Below, piece after piece: positions 35,801 to 47,046 of a stretch of DNA of 49,292 nt (position 1 is its first letter; each line of letters starts with the position of its first letter). The notes beneath the pieces were generated by a model. That model was not told the origin of the DNA, made no database searches, and worked only from the letters and a program-made list of their open reading frames with translations. The DNA lies in the IMG/VR virus record IMGVR_UViG_3300029288_004479. One strand, 5' to 3'. The position numbers were made by a program, and so were the translations under genes. The stretch comes from a virus. Lineage: Duplodnaviria > Heunggongvirae > Uroviricota > Caudoviricetes.

Positions 35801-37924
35801 ATGCAACCGAAAAAATATACATATGTCTTTATTTTTGTGTGTTTGTTAGCGATAGTTATGCCTGTAAGTGCGGCATCAGCACCAATATCATCATTCAGTG
35901 TATCAACAGAATATAACGAAACAACCGTAATTGCAGTGTTTACAGACACTTCATTATACGTCCCCACCGCATGGCTGTGGACATTTACAAACGTAACCGG
36001 GAATAACACTCCGATACAGTTCAGTACTTTACAGAACACAGCAGGGATATTTGGGTTTGGGAACTGGTTAATAGAATTAAACGCATCAAATTCAGAGGGG
36101 TACAGCAAATACACCCAATTTGTTAACATGACTGCCGTAGAGCCAGTATCCATTTTCGGAGCAAACCAAACGTCAGGGTATAGGCCATTTACCGTCCAGT
36201 TCTATGACATCTCGACAGGAAACCCTACAGGCAGATTATGGGATTTCGGAGATGGTTCGAATAGCACCGTACAAAACCCGATCCATACTTACTTCCTTTT
36301 AATGAATTATACCGTCACACTAAATGTAACAAATGTATTAGGATTTAATAATACATCCATTGTAGATTATATCAGGGTTTATGACGCACCGGTTCCGGGA
36401 ACGAATTTCACAGGAACACCATTATTGGGATACGTTGGAACAGATACGCAATTTACCGATACATCGACAAACTCCCCAACGGCATGGAACTGGTCGTTCG
36501 GAGACGGCAGTTATTCAGAACTACAAAACCCGGATCACGTATACTCAACGAACGGCACATTCTCTGTTGCATTAAACGCATCAAATTCATATGGGTATAG
36601 TGTAATGACCCGCCCGTATTATGTTACTATAGTCTCACCCGTGCCAGTTGCAAACTTCTCTGCAACACCACGAAGCGGGTATGTAGGAACAACAGTAACC
36701 TTCACCGATCTTTCGACATTAAATCCAACAAGTTGGAACTGGAGTTTCGGTGATGGTAATTATTCGAATGCACAGAATCCAACACATACGTATAATGTAA
36801 ATGGATCGTTCCGCGTAACCTTTACCGCAACAAACTCGTATGGAAGCAACACGTCATCAATACCGGACTACGTTGCAATTGGGGCACCCGTACCGGTAGC
36901 AAACTTTACGAGCAATATTACGCAAGGCAACCCGTCATTTGCAGTAAAGTTTACCGACACTTCAACAAATTCCCCGACAAGTTGGAGTTGGGATTTTGGA
37001 GATGGAAACACATCAACAGATCAGAACCCGGTAAATATATACGGGGCTATCGGGACGTATAATGTCGCGCTTACCGCAACGAATTCGTATGGGAGTAACA
37101 CAACAACAAAATACAATTATATCGGTGCATATTCAAATGGAAGAAACAAAGCGAACCTATACTTAACCCCGCTATTCCAGATAGTCCTCTCGTTCCAAGA
37201 TACAAACGGAAATAATATTTCGGCAGTTACAGTGTTGGATCATACGGGCAATTCAACAACGACGACAAATGGAACGTTTACTGGATATTACCCAACGGGA
37301 GTTGCTGCATTTTACATATCAGCAAGTGGATATGTCAGCCAATCAAACTCATATATTTTAGATAGCAACCGTTCAATTGTAGTCCAGCTCATGAAAGCGC
37401 CAGCACAATCTCAGATCCAGATGGTTAATACAAATACAGTAAGGTTTGTCTGCCAGAATTACAACGGAAATCCGATTGTTGGAATGAACGTATCGGCAGT
37501 AGCAGTGTCATCGACAATGCCGGATAGTTGGGTTCCGGCATTATTCGGTATAGATCTAGGATCAACCGCATTAACAAACACAACAATGTCAGGTACAACC
37601 GGTCATGATGGTGGCATAACCTTTGTGATGTTGCCGACCTCGAAATATCGGGTATGGTATAATGCACCAGCCTACGGCATTAACGAGACCCGATATTACT
37701 ATCCGCAAGAAACAGAGTATATCGAGACATTCTGGACACAGGCACCGACGTATGCATCATCAGGAATTATCACAGATTTCTACACATACAAAAACGAATC
37801 AAATGGAACAATCACACTCGGGGTGGTATATAACGATACGTTCGGTTCAACGGATAACCTGACATTCACGGTAATGAATGGAAACAGAACAATAATCTAC
37901 CAGACGTGGGTGACACCAGCATGA
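35801..37924 (+). CDS. PKD-repeat surface protein, 707 aa (5 PKD-type repeats plus a conserved C-terminal module)
   Basis: Signal peptide; W.W.FGDG...QNP.H.Y motifs counted by eye. Confidence 0.9.
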   Translation: MQPKKYTYVFIFVCLLAIVMPVSAASAPISSFSVSTEYNETTVIAVFTDTSLYVPTAWLWTFTNVTGNNTPIQFSTLQNTAGIFGFGNWLIELNASNSEGYSKYTQFVNMTAVEPVSIFGANQTSGYRPFTVQFYDISTGNPTGRLWDFGDGSNSTVQNPIHTYFLLMNYTVTLNVTNVLGFNNTSIVDYIRVYDAPVPGTNFTGTPLLGYVGTDTQFTDTSTNSPTAWNWSFGDGSYSELQNPDHVYSTNGTFSVALNASNSYGYSVMTRPYYVTIVSPVPVANFSATPRSGYVGTTVTFTDLSTLNPTSWNWSFGDGNYSNAQNPTHTYNVNGSFRVTFTATNSYGSNTSSIPDYVAIGAPVPVANFTSNITQGNPSFAVKFTDTSTNSPTSWSWDFGDGNTSTDQNPVNIYGAIGTYNVALTATNSYGSNTTTKYNYIGAYSNGRNKANLYLTPLFQIVLSFQDTNGNNISAVTVLDHTGNSTTTTNGTFTGYYPTGVAAFYISASGYVSQSNSYILDSNRSIVVQLMKAPAQSQIQMVNTNTVRFVCQNYNGNPIVGMNVSAVAVSSTMPDSWVPALFGIDLGSTALTNTTMSGTTGHDGGITFVMLPTSKYRVWYNAPAYGINETRYYYPQETEYIETFWTQAPTYASSGIITDFYTYKNESNGTITLGVVYNDTFGSTDNLTFTVMNGNRTIIYQTWVTPA

Positions 37925-37925
37925 T
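37436..37925 (+). repeat. 490-bp collinear repeat, copy 1 (C-terminal module of the PKD proteins through the next ATG)
   Basis: Matches 45506-45995 with the same length and long identical runs. Confidence 0.9.
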
Positions 37926-38040
37926 TACTAAGATATTAACCTTTGGTACACCTATCGACGTAATACCTGATATTTCTGGATTATTTCCAAAATTATCTCT
38001 CGGTGAAAGGTTTATAAATAAAGAGGGTAGAGAAGACTAA
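37921..38040 (+). pseudogene. Relic start of the 45991 gene (MITK...) fused to the intergenic repeat; 39-codon ORF
   Basis: Same ATGA coupling and MITK start as at 45991, then diverges into the repeat element. Confidence 0.4.
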
Positions 38041-38062
38041 TGTAAATGTATATATATTAGAT
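37928..38062 (+). repeat. Repeated intergenic promoter cassette, copy 1 (GAAAGG-TTTATAAA-N17-ACTAAT)
   Basis: Three conserved blocks shared with 48709-48848. Confidence 0.85.
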
Positions 38063-38104
38063 GTGTTGTGCCAGTAACACGTCATACAATATTTCAGGTG
38101 AGGA

Positions 38105-41100
38105 ATGACAAGTTCTACAGATAATAGAAGACGTATTGCACTATTATGTATTTTAGGGTTAATAGTCGTCGCTGTTATCAGTGCGGTAATTTACTATTTT
38201 GTGTATTTAAATCCTAGTCCTAGTGAAGATCAGTATATTACAAAACCAAGTCAGGAAACACCTAGAATAGAGACCGGTAAACTAATTAGTGAATCTGACA
38301 AAGTAACCCGAGCGGAAAAAACACTGGTAATTGATCAGGGATTTATCACAAACGATACGTATTCTAATAAAAAATACGACATACCTAAAAATTCACTTAA
38401 CGAGTCATTACAAGGACTAAATGAAACTGAAAAAGCAGATGCGGTAGCTCAATACATTAACAAGTATGTTGATCTTCGTGGCAAATCGTCAATTACCTTA
38501 AATAACGGCGACTTAATTAATATTACTGTTTACAGTCAAACATATGACCCGGAAACAAAAACAAACAAATTTAATTTAACTGTAACGAGAAATGGGAACG
38601 CCGTTGAAGTCCATAACCCGGTGAGAGTATATGATGCACCATTTACCATACAAGAACCAAAAAAAGTATTGGTCAATACAACCGTCTCATTAGATCAGTT
38701 GGCTCCGGATGTATATTTCCCTCACAACGGAACGAAACTATACAACCAATCAACAATGGATAATTTATCAATAGTGTCATCGAGATACGAGAATGTTACG
38801 GTTGAAGTCGAGTCACCGGCAAACGCATTGCTGGTAAATCTGGCGAACGCTTTTTCATACGCGCCATATGGAGATCCAACGTTCGACGGGCCAGACCCAA
38901 CCGTTATATTTTATGGTAGCGGAACGTGGACAGCCCCGGCAAACGTGCATAATGCAAGTGCAATACTTGTTGGAGGTGGCGGTGGTGCTGGTGGCGGATA
39001 TGGCACCTCCATCTCAATGTATACCCAAACAGGACTTTATGCCTGTACGCTTACAAACACAAATATAGGCCCATCGGGGCAAGGAGCCGGAGGATTTGCA
39101 TCTGAGTATAACCCTCAAACAAACATATCAGTGACTCCCGGAACAGGATATTCAATTGTTGTAGGTACAGCAGGATCTGGTACTGGGGGAGGTGTACTCA
39201 CATCACTTATGGGTAATAATTACCCGTATGATATTTGTACAGAAGATAACCAGACAATACAACTCAAAGGTAGCAATGGAGTATCAACAACCGCATTTGG
39301 ATACTCTGCTGCTGGTGGAAACGGAGGAAACGTAACCGGTGTTTGGAAGCAGGGGTGGACATCGTGGCAGATTATCCGTGATCATGCAGCAACCGGAAGT
39401 AATGGTAATATCGTCTCTGGAATGTCATCGACATCAGCATCGTCAGGTACAGCAGGATATGCAGGTGCTGGTGCTGCGGGAGGAAGTAATTATGGTGCTG
39501 GTGGCGGTGGAGGTGGCCCGGAGTTATACGGTCACCTTGTGACGGATAGTGGTGGGGCAGGATCAAAAGGATTCGTTTATTTAACATATACTACAATATT
39601 CTCTCCGGTTGCGAGTTTTACTGTAAATAAAACGTCCGGGGTTATGCCGCTTGCAGTTGCATTTACAGATACAACAACCAATACGCCAACAGGATGGATA
39701 TGGAATTTCACCAATGTTACAGGGAATAATACTCCGGTAACCTTTAGTAATTCTAAGAACCCAACACAAATCTTTGGATATGGAAATTATAAAATAACCT
39801 TGACTGCAAGCAACATTGCAGGGACAAGCACCTCGACACAACCAACATGGATTAATGTAACATTACCCATTCCACAAGCGGACTTTACAGCGAACCAGAC
39901 AACAGGACTATATCCGCTGGACGTTCAGTTTACCGACACCACGTCAAACGCACCAACAACGTGGGTCTGGTCATTTGGTGATGGGCAATCAAGTGCACTC
40001 CAGAACCCGATACATTCCTATGCATCCGGAGGTTCATATACAGTCACATTAACGGCATCAAACCTTGGTGGATCAAACCAGACCACGAAACTAAATTACA
40101 TTACCGTATATAATAAAACGGTTTCGGGATTTTCTGCAAACAAAACAAGCGGAGTATTCTCATTAGCCGTAAAATTCTCTCCATCAAAGTTCAATGATAA
40201 TGCAACATGGTGGAACTGGAGTTTTGGTGATGGGACGTACCTCAACGGATCTACCCAAAGTCCAACGCATGTTTATGCAACTGGTGGCACATTCACAGTA
40301 ACGCAAAACGCGGGTAATGCATATTGGACGAATACCACAACAATTCCAGATTATATTACCGTATATAACTCGACATTTACAGGGTTTACAGCAAATCAGA
40401 CAACAGGCGTATTCCCATTAGCAGTCCAGTTTACATTGACATCATCAAACGATAACGCATCCTATTGGAACTGGTCGTTTGGTGATGGGGTTTGGTTTAA
40501 TACGTCGGATTCTGGTGAGAAAAACCCGGTTCATACGTATGCGAACGGAGGATCATACACCGTATCAGAATGGGCGACGAACCAATATGCCTCGAACGTA
40601 ACAACAAAACCAAATTATATCACGGTATATAATCAGACCCTATCTGGATTTAATGGAGTCCCAACGACGGGATATACTCCACTCGTAGTCTCATTTAGTG
40701 TAACTAACCCAAAGGATAATGCAACAAGTTGGAGTTGGGGGTATGGGGACGGCGGATGGTTTAACTCAACCACACAAAACGCAACGCACGTTTACACAAC
40801 CGCAGGCACATATTCAGTCACGGAAATAGCAAATAATCCATACTATTCAAATACGACAGTATTAACAGATTATATTACGGCAATAGAACCTCCGGCACCA
40901 GTAGCTAATTTTAGTGGTTCACCATTAAGTGGACTTTTCCCATTGACAGTATCATTTGTTGATGAATCCAATACAATAAACCCACAGACATGGACATGGG
41001 CGTTTGGAGACGGCGGAACGAACCAGACCCAGAACCCGGCACATACATTCTATTCAGGTGGAACTTACACAGTATCGCAGACAGTAACCAACCTTGGTGG

Positions 41101-44100
41101 TTCAAACACATCGACAAAAGTTGATTACATAACAATATACAATCAAACCACATCTGGATTTACAGGTACGCCAAGATATGGTATGATCCCACTCACGGTT
41201 GATTTCAACACAACTGTTGTCAATGACAATGGCACTATCTGGAATTGGTCATTTAACGGGGGATTAAACTGGACGAACGGTAGCACGCAAAATATTAGTT
41301 ATATCTTTGCATCTGGTGGAAATTATACCATAATGCGGGTAGTCCAGAACGATCATGGGGGATATAACCTATCAATAATGCCAAAATATATCGAGGTAAG
41401 GAATACAACCGTTACAGGATTTACGGCGAACGTCACAGAAGGTATATTCCCCTTAACGGTTGTATTTAACGTAACCACTCCTGATGATAACGCCACCTAT
41501 TGGAACTGGTCATTTGGCGATGGGAACTGGGTTAATAGTACAACTCAGAACATAACGCATACATATTGGACAGGCGGATCGTATACAGTATCGGAAAAAG
41601 CAAGTAATGCATATACATCAAATACAACAACAATCACTGATTACATAACAGTTTATAATAAAACAACGTCAAGTTTCACAAGCAATGCAACAACCGGTAT
41701 AACACCGGTATCAATCGCATTCTCCGGGTATGGTCAAAACGCAACATCATACTATTGGGAGTTTGGAGATGGTAACACATCAACAGATCAGAACCCAACC
41801 CACACTTATGAAATAATCGGAACGTATACTGTCAGGTACTCGACAAGTAATGGACACTGGACGAACTGGACGAATATAACAAATTACATTTCGGCAACGC
41901 CCTATGCAGCACCGGTCGCTAAGTTTACTAGTAATATTACGTCGGGAGTATATCCATTATCAGTAGAGTTTACCGATCAATCAACAGGATTAGGGATCTA
42001 TAACTGGTATTGGTTATTTGGAGATGGGAACCTAGTATCAGAACAGAACCCCGTTCACACGTTCTATTCTGGTGGTAATTATACCGTAACAATGACGGCA
42101 ATAAATGCTGGTGGTTCAAACACCTCAACGAAAACAAATTATATTACCGTGTATAACCAAACATATTCGGATTTCACGGCGAACCAGACAACCGGATATG
42201 TGCCATTCCCTGTAACATTCACGGTAACAAAAACAAACGATAATGCAACGTGGTGGAACTGGTCGTTTGGAGACGGAAATTGGAGTAATGGAACAAACCA
42301 AACGGTAAGTCACGTATACGAAGTACCGGGAACGTATGATGTAACAGAAATTGCAAATAGTATCTATGCATCAAGCACAACGACAAAAACAGGGTATATA
42401 ATCACAAGTCAGGTTCCGATTCCGGAACCAAGTTTCATAGCAAATATAACCGTAGGGATCGTTCCGATGGCAGTCCAGTTTAATGATACAACAATCGGAT
42501 TAAAATTAACAGCATGGAATTGGTCATTTGGAAACGGGGAATTTTCAGAAGAACAAAACCCTGTTGTTACTTATTATGTTGTTGGTAATTATACAGTTAC
42601 ATTAAATGTAACTAATGCTGGCGGAACGGGGTCTTCAGCAAGAGTGGATTACATCAATGTATACCCAATACAAGTCCCGATTGCATCCTTTATATCAAAT
42701 GTTACAATCGGGTTTGAACCAATGGCAGTCCTGTTTAATGATACAAGCCAGAATATTCCAACCGCGTGGCAGTGGAATTTCACGAATGTTACCGGAAATA
42801 ACACGCCCGTTACGTTCAGTAGTTCTAGGAATGTAACGCAGATCTTCGGTACAGGAAATTGGTCGATTGTGTTAGGTGTAAATAACATTGCCGGAACAAA
42901 CTTCACACAAGAGACGTATTTTATCAACGTCTCACCACCTCCGGAAGCAAATTTCACAATGTCTGAAGTTATAAACTTAACTCCAAACATTTGGAACTTC
43001 AATGATACGAGCGAATGGATGGATATTACAGAATACAGGTGGGATTTTGGGGACGGGAACTGGAGTAACGGGTCAACCAATAGAAACGTGACGTATAAAT
43101 ACCCAACCTTTGGAAATTATACAATAACTCATTATATCGTAAATGCGAGTGGAACAAACCACGTCTCAAAAACACAATCAATTTACTTACAATCTAACTT
43201 CACGGTCGTCAACTTCACAACACCGGGAACCTATACGTGGACAGCACCGGAAGGCGCGATATTTATTGATTATTTGGTAATAGCCGGCGGGGGTTCTGGC
43301 GGAGGTTCTGGCGGTGGCGGCGGAGGTGCTGGCGGATTGTTATCCGGATATTATTACTCGATTATTCCCGGAGTTACTTATAATATTATGGTAGGTAGTG
43401 GAGGATTGGGTATAACGGGATCTGCAACAATGGGTGTAAACGGTTCAAACTCTTCAATTAATAATGGAACCGCAGAGATCTTGACGATTGGTGGTGGGGG
43501 CGGTGGAGCGTATAACGCCCTTAAATACGGATATGAGGGGGGTTCTGGTGGGGGAGGTTCACAAGGAAGTGGCGGACACGGCACGACCGGCCAAGGATAT
43601 GATGGTGGTGTGGGGTCGGTTCTTCAATACGTAGGATCAGGTGGTGGCGGCGGTGCTGGCGGACTTGGTGCAAATGGTAATGGCACCGTAGCAGGGAACG
43701 GAGGGATTGGTCTTCCAATAAACATCAACGGCAATTATACCTATTACGCAGGTGGCGGTGGCGGTGGTATCACGGGAGGTGCTGCGCAAAGTTATGGTGG
43801 ACTTGGTGGCGGTGGAAGAGGTGGGTATAGTGACACACCAGCAACAAACGCTACACAATACGGTGCTGGTGGCGGTGGTGGTGGATGGGCAACAGGAAGA
43901 TCGGGATATGGATATTCAGGAGCGGTAATATTCAGGTATATATCAGTACCCTATGCAAACTTTACGGCAAACGCAACAACCGGGTCAATACCATTTGCCG
44001 TTCAATTCACAGATACTTCAACAGGAGATCCATTATACTGGAACTGGTCGTTCGGTGATGGCAACTATTCAACCGATCAGAACCCAATGTATATATATAA

Positions 44101-45994
44101 TTTAACAGGTACATTTACTGTAAGTCTGACTGTATCGAATGAACACAACACAAATGCCATGACGAAAGTAGGATATATAACAACCACAGTGCAAAAACCA
44201 ATAACGAGTTTCACAAGTAATACAACGTTTGGAGAAGCGCCATTATCTGTGCTATTCACAGACACTTCTGGCAACGTTCCGATTGCATGGAACTGGTCGT
44301 TCGGTGATGGGTACTATTCAAATCAACAAAACCCAACCCATAAATATCTCACACAAGGCAATTATACCGTATCACTCAACGCCTCAAATTCAGGCGGGTT
44401 TAATAAAACAACAACAACGAACTATATTTGGGTAAACCCAACGTCACCCCCTGTAGCAAACTTTACCGCAACACCAACAACAGGGGATGCACCGTTAACT
44501 GTTAAATTTACCGATACCTCAATGCAATGGGGATCATATCCGACGGCATGGAACTGGTCGTTCGGCGATGGCAATTATAGTAATGATGAGGATATAATTT
44601 ACACGTATCCGGATGGAGGAAGTTACACGGTTAATTTAACAGTTTCAAACGCTGGAGGAACCAATACCCTTTCGAGACCGAATTATATATATGTAAGTAA
44701 ACCCCCGGCACCCGTAACCTCATTTACTGCAAATATAACTTCAGGAGATACACCGTTAGCAGTGCAGTTCACGGATACAAGCGGGAACACACCAATAATC
44801 TGGTTCTGGAACTTTGGCGATGGATATAACTCAACCGAACAAAACCCAATCCATATCTATACGACCGGTGGCAATTTTTCAGTAGCCCTCACAGCAACAA
44901 ATGCTGGAGGTTCGAACTTCACCGTCTATGATGATTATATTAATGTAACTTCAATCCCAATCCCGGTTCCTTCCTTCACAAGTAACGTAACAAGTGGCAC
45001 ACCGCCCTTTTCCGTCCAGTTTACCGATACGTCTGGAAACAGTCCTACGATCTGGAACTGGAGCTTCGGGGATGGCAACTACTCGACCGAACAAAATCCA
45101 AAGCACTGGTATAACGGAACCGGAATATATACGATATCATTAACAGCATCAAACGAATATGGGAACGCAACCGTTACGATGAATAATTATATTATTTCAT
45201 CAATGGTAAGTGGGTACAACGATTTAGACATTACATTAGATCCATTATATAAAGTTATGTTTATGTATACCGATTTAAGTGGGAACCTCATACCTACGGT
45301 TGGTGTAACAGATTCATTAGGGAATTCAACAACCACCTCAAACGGAACGTTCATCGGATATTATCCGTTCGGAACAGTCGAATTTACATCGTCCGCATCA
45401 GGGTTTGCAGAACGGACAGACACATACAGTATCGATATGAACATTAATGATACGCTTGAACTATCGCCAGCATTATCCGGTCAAACGTTAGTCGTATCTA
45501 CAAAGACAGTACGGTTTGTCTGCCAGAATTACAACGGAGAACCAATTGTTGGGATGAACGCATCTGCAATAGCAGTAACTTCAACCGTACCACTAAGTTG
45601 GGTTCCGGCACTATTCGGAATAGATTTAGGAACAACGCCAGTATTGAATTCAACAATGAATGGAACCACAGGTGTGGATGGAGGAGTAACCTTTATTATG
45701 TTGAGCACAGGACAATATGCTGTTCACTATCAATATATACCGCTCGGAATTAATGAAACACGATATTATTATCCGCAAGAGTCTGAATACATCGAGACGT
45801 TCTGGACGCAGACACCGACATATGCATCAACAGGAATCACGACAGACTTCTACACATACAGAGACGAAACAAATGGAACAATCGTGCTCGGAGCACTATA
45901 CAACGACACCTACAGTTCAACCGATAACCTGACATTCACTATAATGGATCGGAACAAGACAATCATCTATCAGACACAGGTGACACCATCATGA
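38105..45994 (+). CDS. Giant adhesin, 2629 aa: N-terminal TM, two glycine-rich domains, 19 PKD-type repeats and the shared C-terminal module
   Basis: W.W.FGDG-type motifs counted by eye (14 + 5). Gly-rich domains at ~38900-39590 and ~43200-43945. Confidence 0.92.
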   Translation: MTSSTDNRRRIALLCILGLIVVAVISAVIYYFVYLNPSPSEDQYITKPSQETPRIETGKLISESDKVTRAEKTLVIDQGFITNDTYSNKKYDIPKNSLNESLQGLNETEKADAVAQYINKYVDLRGKSSITLNNGDLINITVYSQTYDPETKTNKFNLTVTRNGNAVEVHNPVRVYDAPFTIQEPKKVLVNTTVSLDQLAPDVYFPHNGTKLYNQSTMDNLSIVSSRYENVTVEVESPANALLVNLANAFSYAPYGDPTFDGPDPTVIFYGSGTWTAPANVHNASAILVGGGGGAGGGYGTSISMYTQTGLYACTLTNTNIGPSGQGAGGFASEYNPQTNISVTPGTGYSIVVGTAGSGTGGGVLTSLMGNNYPYDICTEDNQTIQLKGSNGVSTTAFGYSAAGGNGGNVTGVWKQGWTSWQIIRDHAATGSNGNIVSGMSSTSASSGTAGYAGAGAAGGSNYGAGGGGGGPELYGHLVTDSGGAGSKGFVYLTYTTIFSPVASFTVNKTSGVMPLAVAFTDTTTNTPTGWIWNFTNVTGNNTPVTFSNSKNPTQIFGYGNYKITLTASNIAGTSTSTQPTWINVTLPIPQADFTANQTTGLYPLDVQFTDTTSNAPTTWVWSFGDGQSSALQNPIHSYASGGSYTVTLTASNLGGSNQTTKLNYITVYNKTVSGFSANKTSGVFSLAVKFSPSKFNDNATWWNWSFGDGTYLNGSTQSPTHVYATGGTFTVTQNAGNAYWTNTTTIPDYITVYNSTFTGFTANQTTGVFPLAVQFTLTSSNDNASYWNWSFGDGVWFNTSDSGEKNPVHTYANGGSYTVSEWATNQYASNVTTKPNYITVYNQTLSGFNGVPTTGYTPLVVSFSVTNPKDNATSWSWGYGDGGWFNSTTQNATHVYTTAGTYSVTEIANNPYYSNTTVLTDYITAIEPPAPVANFSGSPLSGLFPLTVSFVDESNTINPQTWTWAFGDGGTNQTQNPAHTFYSGGTYTVSQTVTNLGGSNTSTKVDYITIYNQTTSGFTGTPRYGMIPLTVDFNTTVVNDNGTIWNWSFNGGLNWTNGSTQNISYIFASGGNYTIMRVVQNDHGGYNLSIMPKYIEVRNTTVTGFTANVTEGIFPLTVVFNVTTPDDNATYWNWSFGDGNWVNSTTQNITHTYWTGGSYTVSEKASNAYTSNTTTITDYITVYNKTTSSFTSNATTGITPVSIAFSGYGQNATSYYWEFGDGNTSTDQNPTHTYEIIGTYTVRYSTSNGHWTNWTNITNYISATPYAAPVAKFTSNITSGVYPLSVEFTDQSTGLGIYNWYWLFGDGNLVSEQNPVHTFYSGGNYTVTMTAINAGGSNTSTKTNYITVYNQTYSDFTANQTTGYVPFPVTFTVTKTNDNATWWNWSFGDGNWSNGTNQTVSHVYEVPGTYDVTEIANSIYASSTTTKTGYIITSQVPIPEPSFIANITVGIVPMAVQFNDTTIGLKLTAWNWSFGNGEFSEEQNPVVTYYVVGNYTVTLNVTNAGGTGSSARVDYINVYPIQVPIASFISNVTIGFEPMAVLFNDTSQNIPTAWQWNFTNVTGNNTPVTFSSSRNVTQIFGTGNWSIVLGVNNIAGTNFTQETYFINVSPPPEANFTMSEVINLTPNIWNFNDTSEWMDITEYRWDFGDGNWSNGSTNRNVTYKYPTFGNYTITHYIVNASGTNHVSKTQSIYLQSNFTVVNFTTPGTYTWTAPEGAIFIDYLVIAGGGSGGGSGGGGGGAGGLLSGYYYSIIPGVTYNIMVGSGGLGITGSATMGVNGSNSSINNGTAEILTIGGGGGGAYNALKYGYEGGSGGGGSQGSGGHGTTGQGYDGGVGSVLQYVGSGGGGGAGGLGANGNGTVAGNGGIGLPININGNYTYYAGGGGGGITGGAAQSYGGLGGGGRGGYSDTPATNATQYGAGGGGGGWATGRSGYGYSGAVIFRYISVPYANFTANATTGSIPFAVQFTDTSTGDPLYWNWSFGDGNYSTDQNPMYIYNLTGTFTVSLTVSNEHNTNAMTKVGYITTTVQKPITSFTSNTTFGEAPLSVLFTDTSGNVPIAWNWSFGDGYYSNQQNPTHKYLTQGNYTVSLNASNSGGFNKTTTTNYIWVNPTSPPVANFTATPTTGDAPLTVKFTDTSMQWGSYPTAWNWSFGDGNYSNDEDIIYTYPDGGSYTVNLTVSNAGGTNTLSRPNYIYVSKPPAPVTSFTANITSGDTPLAVQFTDTSGNTPIIWFWNFGDGYNSTEQNPIHIYTTGGNFSVALTATNAGGSNFTVYDDYINVTSIPIPVPSFTSNVTSGTPPFSVQFTDTSGNSPTIWNWSFGDGNYSTEQNPKHWYNGTGIYTISLTASNEYGNATVTMNNYIISSMVSGYNDLDITLDPLYKVMFMYTDLSGNLIPTVGVTDSLGNSTTTSNGTFIGYYPFGTVEFTSSASGFAERTDTYSIDMNINDTLELSPALSGQTLVVSTKTVRFVCQNYNGEPIVGMNASAIAVTSTVPLSWVPALFGIDLGTTPVLNSTMNGTTGVDGGVTFIMLSTGQYAVHYQYIPLGINETRYYYPQESEYIETFWTQTPTYASTGITTDFYTYRDETNGTIVLGALYNDTYSSTDNLTFTIMDRNKTIIYQTQVTPS

Positions 45995-45995
45995 T
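45506..45995 (+). repeat. 490-bp collinear repeat, copy 2
   Basis: Matches 37436-37925. Confidence 0.9.
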
Positions 45996-46464
45996 AACAA
46001 AAAGACTTATTTTAATGGGGGTATTGATAAGCAGCTTAATGCTAATGGTAACAGGAGCAGCAGCATCGACAGCAAATCTTTCATATACAGTACCTTACGA
46101 ACAAGGAGCGTACTATTATTGGACAGTTAGTGGCAACTCAACGTTATTTGCCAATCCAATAAATGAAACAAATTACATTCATATCGACGACAGCCAATGG
46201 CACTGGAACCCGATGGGTGCAGCAAATGGAGATCCGGTAGCTGGGTTTATCTACAATGGGTTTGCATGTAGTATAATTTGTATATATGCATATATCAGTG
46301 GAAGATTGAGACTACGGTTTAATATAGTATTCGTAGCGATTTGGGGAGCGATCTTCTGGCTGGTAGCAGGCTGGTTACAGATCAGTGTAATGTTAATCAG
46401 TACCGCAGTTGCGTATTCAATAATTATGTATATGAGGTATGCTGAAGAAGAATCGCTCTCATAA
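45991..46464 (+). CDS. Membrane protein (signal peptide plus C-terminal TMs)
   Basis: ATGA-coupled to the adhesin; hydrophobic C-terminal half. Confidence 0.8.
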   Translation: MITKRLILMGVLISSLMLMVTGAAASTANLSYTVPYEQGAYYYWTVSGNSTLFANPINETNYIHIDDSQWHWNPMGAANGDPVAGFIYNGFACSIICIYAYISGRLRLRFNIVFVAIWGAIFWLVAGWLQISVMLISTAVAYSIIMYMRYAEEESLS

Positions 46465-46500
46465 TTTTTAAACCCATAATAATCTCAATAGACCATCAAT

Positions 46501-46531
46501 TATATATATTGTAGCAATCTTATCAATTATA
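46501..46531 (+). promoter_or_regulatory. Promoter TATATATA-N17-ATTATA (variant)
   Basis: Spacing matches the window motif; AGGTGAGG follows. Confidence 0.45.
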
Positions 46532-46605
46532 AAGGTGAGGGTATTGGTGTATATAAGGATAACGAATGTAAAGTATACTATAATATTAAAAACGGAGCAC
46601 TCCCA

Positions 46606-47046
46606 ATGAGAGGATGGGAACTTATTTTACTTTTGATCATGGGATCACAAGTATCACAGATATTCGTAGCAAGCATTGGGTTATTCCCGGAAGATTATCT
46701 TGGACTTAATGGACAGTTTGTATCGTCAAATCCAGCAAACGCAACAATAAATTCAACAAAAGGATATGTGACTGGCGATTATAACGATCAGACCGGTGAA
46801 ATGATAGAAGATCAAAAGAATATGGGTACTATGGATGCGGTAACGTTGGGTGTAGCGACGTTCGTATCTGGAACCCTTATGATAATAACGGTAATATCGA
46901 CGTTTGTTACGGTTTTACCGACATTAATTGTATTCTTCCATTGCCCATTACCACTGGCACTGGTGTTGCAAGCGATAGTCTATTACGCCCTTGTCTGGAG
47001 TCTTGCACAGTGGAAGGCTGGCCGGTCTGGAGGTATGATCCAGTGA
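46606..47046 (+). CDS. Membrane protein, possible virion component
   Basis: N-terminal TM, polar loop and two C-terminal TMs. Confidence 0.8.
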   Translation: MRGWELILLLIMGSQVSQIFVASIGLFPEDYLGLNGQFVSSNPANATINSTKGYVTGDYNDQTGEMIEDQKNMGTMDAVTLGVATFVSGTLMIITVISTFVTVLPTLIVFFHCPLPLALVLQAIVYYALVWSLAQWKAGRSGGMIQ

